This document shows, piece after piece, positions 24,830-64,000 of a stretch of DNA of 64,000 nucleotides; the stretch's first letter is position 1; every line of letters starts with the position of its first letter. Under the pieces are notes generated by a model. The model was not told the origin of the DNA, did no database searches, and saw nothing but the letters and a program-made list of their open reading frames with translations. The stretch lies in the NCBI RefSeq assembly GCF_009914755.1, contig NC_060940.1, one strand, 5' to 3'. The position numbers and the translations under genes were made by a program. This stretch comes from the human T2T-CHM13v2.0 reference genome, Homo sapiens.

Positions 24830-25625
24830 CGGCACAGAGGAGCCCAGCACAGACGCCCCCAGCACAGAGTCCCCCAGCACACAGCCCCCAACACAGAGCT
24901 CCCCTGCACACAGCCCCCCTGCACAGACACCCCCAGCACAGAGTCCCCCAGTACAGAGCCCCCAGCGCAGATACCCCCCATAGCACAGAGCCCCCAGAAC
25001 AGAGACCCACAGCACAGAGTAGCCCCCCAGCACAGGGCCCCCCGGCACAGGGATCCCCAAGCACAGGGACCCCCCCAGCACAGGGATCCCCCCAGCACAG
25101 GGCCCCTCAGCACAGGGCCCCCCAGCACAGGGACCCCCCCAGCCCAGGGATCCCCCCAGCACAGGGCCCCCCAGCACAGGGCCCCCAGCACAGGGATCCC
25201 CCCAGCACAGGGCCCGCAGCACAGGGATCCAGCACAGGGACTCCTCCCCAGTACAGGGATCCCCCCAAGCACAGAGACCTCCAGCACAGGGATCCCCCCA
25301 GCACAGGGCCCCCCAATACAGGGATCCCCCCAGCACAGGGATGCCCCCAGCACAGGGCCCGCAGCACAGAGCCCCCCAGCACAGGCACAGGGACCCCCCC
25401 CCAGTACAGGGATCCCCCCAGCAGAGAGACCTCCAGCACAGGGATGCCCCCAGCACAGGGCCCCCCAGCACAGGGATCCCCCCAGCACAGGGATGCCCCC
25501 GGCACAGGGCCCGCAGCACAGAGCCCCCCAGCACAGGCACAGGGACCCCCCCACAGTACAGGGATCCCGCCAGCACAGAGACCTCCAGCACAGGGATGCC
25601 CCCAGCACAGGGACCCCCAGCACAG
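24830..25625. repeat. C-rich minisatellite of ~15-18-bp variable units upstream of MCRIP2
   Basis: Core CCCCCAGCACAG(G/A)G reiterated for about 800 bp. Confidence 0.95.
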
Positions 25626-26059
25626 GTTCTCCTCCAGCGCTTGTCAAAGGTGGGCCCTGGGGCTCCGAGGACCCTGCTCGCACATCGCCGCTGACCCCGC
25701 AGGGCCCCTGGGTCCTCGCCGCCAGCAGTCTGAGTGCGGTGCCCCGACACTGACATGGCCTCCAGGCAGCAACGGCCTTCCCGGGCAGCAGGGCGCCTCG
25801 TCCGCCTTGGCCTCGGGCCTCCGGGGGCTGGGGCGGGGTTGCTGGCGGCTCCGCCCCCGCCTGCCAGTTTCCCAAAGGGCGCAAGCGCCGCCTCCGCCGC
25901 GTGTCCGGGGTCAGCCCGAGCCCGTGCGGGCCCTTTAAGGGCCGGGGGCGTGTAGCGGGCCCGCCCCCTCCCCGCGGCGCCCGCAGTCCGTTAAGTGCGA
26001 GCCCCGGCGCAGGGGCCGGATCTGGCCGGGGGCCGGCGGCGGTGTGGGAGCGGCGCGTC

Positions 26060-32258
<6,199 letters not shown>

Positions 32259-33484
32259 TGGCTGCTGGGAGGGGGCGCTGCTACACGGCCGACCTGTCGC
32301 CAGGAGAGAAGCATGGCGCCCTGCCCACCCACTGCGCCTGGCTGGGTGCCGGCCACACCTGAAGTGCCAGCATTTGGACTTTTGCACCTTTTTTTCCCTT
32401 GGCCCGGCTGTCCCAACCAAGCTGCCATGGCCAAGGGCCGAACCCGTCTGACCTCAGCCCTGCTCACTGTGCCCAGGGACCAGCGACCAGCCCCTGGGGC
32501 TGGCAGGGAGGAGCTCCAGGCTAATAAAGTGGAGAAACTGTCTTTTTGGAGTGTCTTTGACTTGGGAGGGTGTAGGGGGGGTTCTCATGTCCAGTTCCAG
32601 TCCACAGCCTGGGACGCCAGGCCCAGCACAAACTCCCCTTGTAGCCCTGTTCCTTCAAGCCGTTAGCTTCTCACCCAGCTGCCCTGCGACAGGTAGGAGG
32701 GACGTTAGCCAGCCCACCTTGCTTGGAAGTCTGGGGACCCCACTTGGTTCCTCTTTCCTCTCCCGTTGGCGTTGACTGGGACCGAAGCCGAGACTCAAGG
32801 CCTAAAGACATTAAATGGCCCCGGAGTGCAGTCCACCACCCCCCACTACCGGCACTGGGGCTGTGTCTCAGAACGCCAGGTCCCATTCTGAATCCGCCGG
32901 GCCCGGCCGCAGGACACTGGGCGAAGGAGTACGTGGGGAACCTGATAGGACGAACGTGGGAACCAGCCCCTCCGCGGGCGCCCGCACTACCTTCCCTGAT
33001 GGACGGGGATGACCCAGCCCACCTGAGTCAGGACCCAGGGTACCCAGGTGTGGAGCAGGGGCCTCTGGACGGCGAGAGAGCGGCAGGGTGAGGCCCGGCC
33101 GTCCGTGGCATGGCCAGGCCTCAGCGCGACCTCGCCTCGCTGCTTGCATGCGGCGGGAGCCCCGGCCGGCCGAGGCGCTGACAGGTGGGCGCGGCGGAGG
33201 ATCCGCAACCGGCGCGGGCTTCGAAGCCGGTCGGGCTAACAGGGGGCTGCCTTGGGAGGCCCGCGGGGCAAAGGGCAGCGGGATTCGCGGCTGGAGCAAC
33301 CCTGGAGGCCGCTGACGTGAGCGGGGTACTCCCACCGGGGAGGTCACGTGGCCAGGGCGCCGCCATGACGGCGGAAGTAATGGCGGAAGTGGCACCGTTG
33401 CCAGGCAGCCGTTGCCTGGCGTCGCGGGGCGTACTCTGCGCTGGGCGCGCGGAGGCCTAGGCGGGAAGCTCGAGCGGCGGCGCC

Positions 33485-51664
<18,180 letters not shown>

Positions 51665-51989
51665 GATGCAGCAGGGACTGTGGTGGTGGGCATCACGCCT
51701 GGTCATGCCAGGCACCTGGACACAGGCTTGGCAGAGGCGCCAGGTTGTCAATGGCCTCATGCTGGGACAGGCCAGGATTCACGTAAATCGCCTGGAGCAA
51801 GCTGTTGTAAATTTGGCGCCCTGTGAATACTTTCATACCTGTTGCCCTTTTGCCTAAGAAATCTTTAATGTTTCTATCTTGTAATAAACATGGGCATTTA
51901 TTGCATTATTGCTGCATTGTTGCACTGGCTGTCTCTGGTCACTCCTGGCCTGAGCTCAGCCTCTGCCCGTCCCTTAATCGGCTGTTTGT

Positions 51990-57681
<5,692 letters not shown>

Positions 57682-59559
57682 GGCCCCTGGTACCCAAGCC
57701 CCCTCCCCTGACCTGGGTGTGCCTCGCTGCTGGGGCTCTGCAGGGGCAGCACAGCTGGGGTGCAGGCCAGGCTGCCACTCCGGGAACGCCTTTGCGCCGG
57801 GACTTTTTGTTTCTGAAGGCAGTCGATCTGCAGCGGGGCCTTATGCTGCCATGCACTGCCCTGGCTCCTGCCGGACCCCCAGGGTGGGCCGTGGCAGGTG
57901 GCTGAGCAGGAGCTCCCAAGTGCCGGCCACCGCTGTCAGGGATTGCCCACCCCTGGGCATCATGTGTGTGGGGCCGGGGAGCACAGGTGTGGGAGCTGGT
58001 GACCCCAGACCCAGAATTCTCAGGGCTCTACCCCCCTTTCCTGGTCCTAGGTGGCCAGTGGGTATGAGGAGGGCTGGAAGGCAGAGCTTTGGGCCAAAAG
58101 CAGGCGTTGGGGGGTCCCCCCTCAAGTTTGGAGCCGTTTCCGTGGTTGTAGCAGAGGACCGGAGGTTGGGTTCCTGATTAAACTTCACTGTGTGTTTTCT
58201 ATCTCGGATCCCAGTCTCTGAAGACAACTTGCTTTGATTCAACCTAGAATGTGTTGTTTGTCTTTATGTGGGCTGGAAACGCCACCCCTCCTTTCATTCC
58301 TGGGTCACTGTTCTGAGGTCTCAGGCGTGTGCATATGGCCTCTGGAAGGTCCACTCTGGGCTGCTGTGGCCTGGGAGCCCAGTGTCCTTGGAGGTCCTGC
58401 GGTCTGGGAGTGGGAGCCCACTGCGGGAGGACGGTGCGCGCCCGGCATGGACTGGGGGGCGCCGGTGCCTGAGATGTTTCCCCGGTGACTGACCCCTTCT
58501 CAGGGTCCAGTGTGCCCTGGCACTGCCCACTCACTCCCCAGAGCGTCCTGCCAGCCTGGCTGAGCTGCGCCGAGAACCTGGGCTTGTGTGACCAGATGTG
58601 GTCACTGCCTGCCACAGAACGGGGTGACCCTGGGGCCCTGACCTGAGGGAAGCAGGATGGGCCAGAGGGAGGGACGGGCTGGGAGTTGAGCCCAGATGCC
58701 TGCTTCTCGGGACCCAGGGCGTGGCCTTCCCAAGGTCACCCGGACAAGTATCAGAAGGCCTGGTCCCCCCCCTCCCATGTCTGCCTTTAGGGAGTGGCAG
58801 GTGGGGCCCCTTCCCAAGTCCTGGCCCACACGGGCCCTGCCTTGGAGCTTGTGGCATTGGCCCCTGAGGTCCCTCCCGACTGATGGTATTTGAGCCCGCT
58901 GTACCCCCACGGCCTGTCTTCTGGGACTACTGCAACCCTAGGAGAAGCCCTCTGAGTGGCCCTTGCAGGGGCTGCCATAGTCACACGTGTCTTATCTGTC
59001 ACCTCCATTGTGGAGGGGTTGGCCCGCCTTCCCAGGAGCAGGTCCCCTCATCCCAACTGCAGCCCTGCCCCCTGGGGGTTCTGCTCTGTGTTGGAATGCC
59101 CCTTGTGCCCAGCCCTGGCGCCGCCTTAGGGCGGGAGGTTTTGCTGTCCTGCATGGAGTTGCAAGAGTGGTCAGGGGCCTCCAGCCCAGGGTGTGGACGA
59201 GTGGGCTGGGCTTGGTCGTCAGAGCCAAGGCGGCTGCAGCAGCGTCTTCCTCCTCCTAAGAGGCGGCTGTAGTGGCCATGCGGGACGAGGGACTTCCTTG
59301 CTGCTGCGCTCGGTGGGGGGTTGCGGGGGGAGGGGGTGTGTCTGCTGCAAGCAGGGAGCTCCAGCCGGTGGCAACATGAACCGCAGGGAGTACTGGGTCA
59401 GCCTGGAGGGGGAGCAAGCAGTGGTCAGGGAAGGCTTCCTGGAAGAGGTGGCATCCTCACAGGCCTGAGCCCGGGAAGGCTGTGAGAGGGCGAACGGTCT
59501 TGCATGGGGGGTTTTAGGTGCCCCCCATCCCCGTGACTCCATTTACCAGCGGCTGCCGT

Positions 59560-60010
59560 GGAGGTAGTCCAGTGTGCTGGAGCTGCGCCAGAGCGGGGGT
59601 GGGGGCCGGCGCTGAGACGCGGTGCTAGCTGGAGGCGGTTCCTGTCCGGGGTGTGCGTCCGCGTGCAGGGTGCGCGCGTGTCTTGGCCGCGCGTGGCGGC
59701 GTGTGCGGCAGGGGCGGGCAGGCGGGCGACTCGGTGACGCGGCCCAAGCGCGGCGCCGAGCGGAGCGGGCGGAGCGGGCCGGCTGGGGCGGAGCGGAGTC
59801 GTCCGCAGAGCAGCCCCTCCCGGCCGCGGCCGCCGACCCCGGACCCCGGCCCCCGGCCAGGCTCTATGGACAGGAGCTCGCTGCTGCAGCTCATCCAGGA
59901 GCAGGTGCGTCGGGGGGTGGTCTGGGGAGCTGGCACCGCCCCCAATGCGGCCCTCCTGCCGCTGAGCTGAGCTTGTGCGGGACCGAGCTCCCCGAAAGCC
60001 CCGCTCGGTA
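59560..60010 (+). promoter_or_regulatory. CpG island / RHBDL1 promoter
   Basis: CpG-dense region around the short first coding exon. Confidence 0.75.
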
Positions 60011-62127
60011 CCTACCTCATCCCTCCACGACCTTGGTCCGTGTGTCTGGGACCCCAGGAGAGGACTGACTGGACCAGAGCTCCTGGCTGGAGAAGGGAGA
60101 GTCGGGGGGAGGGAGGGAGGGAGGGAGGGAGGGCGGGCAGCTGGCTGGTCTTGGACCTTGGCCCTCGCTTTCCAGGATGGGTAGGGTGGAAGACGGGGGA
60201 ACAACTGAGGAGCTGGAGGACTGGGACCCAGGCACCAGTGCCCTGCCAGCTCCTGGGATCAAGCAGGGTCCCAGGGAACAGACAGGCACGGGGCCCCTGT
60301 CCCAAAAGTGCTGGGAGCCTGAGCCTGATGCTCCCAGCCAGCCTGGCCCAGCCCTTTGGTCCAGGGGTCGGGCCCGCACTCAGGCCTTGGCTGGCGGCTC
60401 CTCACTGCAGCAGCTGGACCCCGAGAACACAGGCTTCATCGGTGCGGACACCTTCACTGGCCTGGTGCACAGCCATGAGCTGCCCCTGGACCCGGCCAAG
60501 CTGGACATGCTGGTGGCCCTGGCTCAGAGCAACGAGCAGGGCCAGGTCTGCTACCAGGAGCTGGTGGACCTGGTCAGTGCCACGGTGGGCAGGCGGCAGG
60601 GGCACGGTGTCCTGGCCAGAGGAGGCGGGCAGGCAGCTCCTCACGGCGGTGGGTGGGGGGCTTGTGGATGCGGGGAGCTGGGTGAGCCTCACAGGCAGGG
60701 GTGCCATGGGGAGGTCCGTGGCCCACACTCAGGCCCCTGCCCCCAGATCAGCAGCAAGCGCTCCAGCAGTTTCAAGCGGGCCATTGCTAACGGACAGCGG
60801 GCACTGCCCCGGGACGGGCCGCTGGATGAGCCAGGCCTAGGTGTCTACAAGCGGTTTGTGCGTTACGTGGCCTACGAGATCCTGCCTTGTGAGGTGGACC
60901 GCCGCTGGTACTTCTACCGTCACCGCAGCTGCCCACCCCCCGTGTTCATGGCCTCGGTCACTCTTGCCCAGGTGGGCCCCCCGGCCGCTGCCCCGGGAGC
61001 CTCCCGCGCTCCTGGCCATGACCAGCCTAACACTCGTGTCCCCAGATCATCGTGTTCCTGTGTTACGGGGCCCGCCTCAACAAGTGGGTGCTGCAGACCT
61101 ACCACCCCGAGTACATGAAGAGCCCCCTTGTGTACCACCCCGGGCACCGTGCCCGCGCCTGGCGCTTCCTCACCTACATGTTCATGCACGTTGGGTGAGT
61201 AGCACTGCTGCCCGGTGAGCCCCGCCCCAACCTGCCATTACATCAGAAAGGCTTAGCCGCAAGGCAGGTGCGGCAACTTGAGGTGACGGCTGGGGGTGGG
61301 GCCGGATGGCTGACCCCACCCTTCGTACCCGTTTGCTTCCCTGTGGCCAGGCTGGAGCAGCTGGGGTTCAACGCCCTCCTGCAGCTGATGATCGGGGTGC
61401 CCCTGGAGATGGTGCACGGCCTGCTCCGCATCAGCCTGCTCTACCTGGCAGGCGTGCTGGCAGGTGAGGCAGGCGCGCACCCCCGCCCCCTGCCCTGGCC
61501 GGCTGCACCCTCACCCGCCGCTTGCTCACACAGGCTCCCTAACCGTCTCCATCACCGACATGCGGGCCCCGGTGGTGGGAGGCTCCGGCGGGGTCTACGC
61601 CCTGTGCTCGGCACACCTGGCCAACGTTGTCATGGTAACGGGCCTGCCCGGTGGGGGGCGTGGGGAGGGGCCCCAGGTGAGCCTCACCACTTCTCGTCTG
61701 CACACACCCATAGAACTGGGCTGGGATGAGATGTCCCTACAAGTTGCTGAGGATGGTGCTGGCCTTGGTGTGCAGTGAGTAGGGGCCGGGGGGAGGGCCG
61801 GGGGGCCTCTCAGCCTGCAGCCAGGGCACCTCCCACCTGCCGCGTCCCTCTGCAGTGAGCTCCGAGGTGGGCCGGGCCGTGTGGCTGCGCTTCTCCCCGC
61901 CGCTGCCCGCCTCGGGCCCACAGCCCAGCTTCATGGCGCACCTGGCAGGCGCGGTGGTGGGGGTGAGCATGGGCCTGACCATCCTGCGGAGCTACGAGGA
62001 GCGCCTGCGGGACCAGTGCGGCTGGTGGGTGGTGCTGCTGGCCTACGGCACCTTCCTGCTCTTCGCCGTCTTCTGGAACGTCTTCGCCTACGACCTGCTG
62101 GGCGCCCACATCCCCCCACCGCCCTGA
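59866..62127 (+). CDS. RHBDL1: Rhomboid-like intramembrane serine protease 1 (373 aa from ATG 59866; alternative 438 aa from ATG 60177)
   Basis: Exons 59866-59904, 60411-60572 (or 60177-60572), 60747-60971, 61046-61194, 61351-61463, 61534-61634, 61714-61774, 61856-62127. WR motif ([11 protein letters not shown]), catalytic GGSGG and AHLAG, N-terminal EF-hand-like [14 protein letters not shown] at 62324-62329. Confidence 0.96.
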
Positions 62128-63699
62128 CCGGCTACCTGAGGCTGCACAGGCCAGGGCTCGGGCATGTGGTGGCCGCCCACCAGGGGCCTTCACGTCTGCC
62201 CTTTGTGAACGGACGTCTCAGGGCTGCTGTGCCCCTTGGGTGTGGGTGGCCTCAAAGGAGGCCCTGTCCCAGCCACCCACCCCCCACTCCCAGGACTTGC
62301 GGTCTGAGCCTTTTTGGATAATTAATAAATATTTTACACAGCACCAGGGGGCTGTCCCGGGCTCTGGAGACTCGTCAGGGCCCCCACACCTGCTGCACAG
62401 ACCGCGACGGCCCTCCCCACCACGGGGGCCTGGACTTCCCTCCTTGTGCATCTCTGCACCTGGGGTCAGGCGTGGGAGTTGTTCCTGGGCCACAGGTGCT
62501 GTGTCTGTGGGAGCTGGGGGCACGCGGGATGGCTGGGGGCCGGGCGTGTGGTCAGGCCAGGTGTGTGGTCAGGCCGGGTGTGTGATCAGGCGTGAGTTTG
62601 GGAAGTGTTTATTGAGCTCCCGTAGTGGCCAGCCTCCTCTTCAGCCTCCCTGCCGTCCAGTGAGACCCGGAGGCCTGAGGTTCTGTGGCAGGTGAGCAGG
62701 CCTGGGCCATGGCCAAGTTTACTCGGCCTGGGTTCCATGCTTCTTGGCTGGCCTAGCATCCTCGTGGGTGGCCAGGCTGGGGCCAAGGTTGGGCAGCAGG
62801 TCTGGGCACAGCCTCTGCCCCACAGCCCAGGTCCACAGTGCTGTCTCCACTAGGTAGGGAGTCCACTGTCCTGAGGCACTGGCTAGGGAGGGGCACACGG
62901 ACTCAGGCCCAGGGGCACGGGCCACCCCAACCTGCCCACACACAGTTCATTCCCCTTGGCTCAGAGCTGTGGCCCGCTCTTGAACCTGGCCCAGGTACAG
63001 CAGGTAGTACCTGAGGGTGTACTGTGGGGCCGGCCAGCCGGGCACTGTGGCCACCGCCTCATCTGACATGAAGGCCTCCATCTCTGGAGCTCCAGCTGCC
63101 AGGACTGCTGTGAACAGCGAGGAGAAGCAGCCAGACACACCCCATCAGGACAAGCTCTGGGAGACCCTGCTCCCAGCAGCCCAGGGCCCTATGGTTCCTG
63201 CTCCTAGCGACACGCAAGGGCCCAGACTGCCCGCTTCACAGACAAGAACGCCTATGTACCCAAGTCGTGCCCACCCAACTCACCCGAGGCTGTGGTGGGC
63301 CCACACCGCAGAGGGCACACAGCTCGGTGACTGCAGCCCCCACATCTGGCAGGAGGCAGAAGGTGGCGGTCGAACAGTGCACAACCAGCTCAGGGGGATT
63401 GGTGGCCACCAGCTGCTGCAGACGTGGCCGGAAGCGCCCCTCTGTGGGAGGCCAGGTCAGGGTGCCTGGGGTGCTGGACCCACCAGGGAGGCCCCGCCCC
63501 CACTGGAGACACCCGCCCCGCCGATGCCACGCCCCAATGAAGACCCGCGCTACGGAGGCCCTGCCCTCGGGGCGGGCCGCCCTTCACAGTCAAGCTGCCA
63601 GGCCAGCAGCCGCTCCAGCTCCCTGTCACATGCTTCTCTGCTCTGCCCCTGATGGCCGCTGGCAACTCTTCCCGATACCTGAGGAAGGGCGGTGAGGGG

Positions 63700-64000
63700 A
63701 GGACTGGCCACGGAGGACGCTCGCCCCACCGATCTCTATCCCCTTCCACTCTACCAACAGTCCGGGGCTTCCAGCCGCCCTCGGGGGCTCGCGCTCGCCC
63801 GTAGCACCTCTCGTGGCGCTCCAGAATGGCAGCCCAGCGACTGGGGTCCTCACACCCCACAGCGCGTGGGAAGCCGCTACGTTCACGCGCAGGGGCGGGA
63901 GGCGGCGGCTGGGGGCGGGGCCTCTGCTGATGGGGCCGGGTGCTGGGGGCGGGGCCTCTGGATTGGGCGGTTGCTGGGGGCGGGGCCTCTGCGGATGGGG
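63700..64000. promoter_or_regulatory. Edge of a CpG-island promoter with repeated GC boxes (by synteny upstream of STUB1)
   Basis: GCTGGGGGCGGGGCCTCTG x3 and an inverted CCAAT (GATTGG ~63961). The gene assignment comes from known gene order only. Confidence 0.65.

Noticed and set aside
63017-63652. 211-aa + strand ORF near the right edge
   Set aside because: Non-ATG start, no recognisable homology or splice structure.

Overview
GC-rich, gene-dense human (primate) genomic DNA. The gene order and protein sequences identify it as the distal 16p13.3 cluster: 3' part of RAB40C (+), WFIKKN1 (+), METTL26 (-), a tRNA-Gly(CCC) gene (-), MCRIP2 (+), WDR90 (+), RHOT2 (+), RHBDL1 (+), then a GC-box/CpG promoter at the right edge (by synteny probably STUB1). 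I traced the exons by hand from splice sites and reading frame. The six complete spliced ORFs are intact (548, 204, 160, ~1748, 618 and 373/438 aa), as is the visible part of RAB40C. Almost all other ORFs in the supplied track are GC-, repeat- or Alu-derived shadows. Non-coding content includes about 20 Alus, an ERV1-type solo LTR with a 4-bp TSD, and several minisatellites. I found no convincing new multi-gene system. The most unusual structures are: (1) an inverted duplication of an Alu 3' end plus about 55 bp of unique AP-1-bearing flank bracketing RAB40C exons 4-5; (2) a frame-preserving acidic candidate cassette exon in WDR90 behind a duplicated acceptor; (3) several intronic tandem duplications that copy splice sites; (4) a GC-AG intron; (5) a WDR90 promoter with tandem X-box-like sites and an in-frame uORF.
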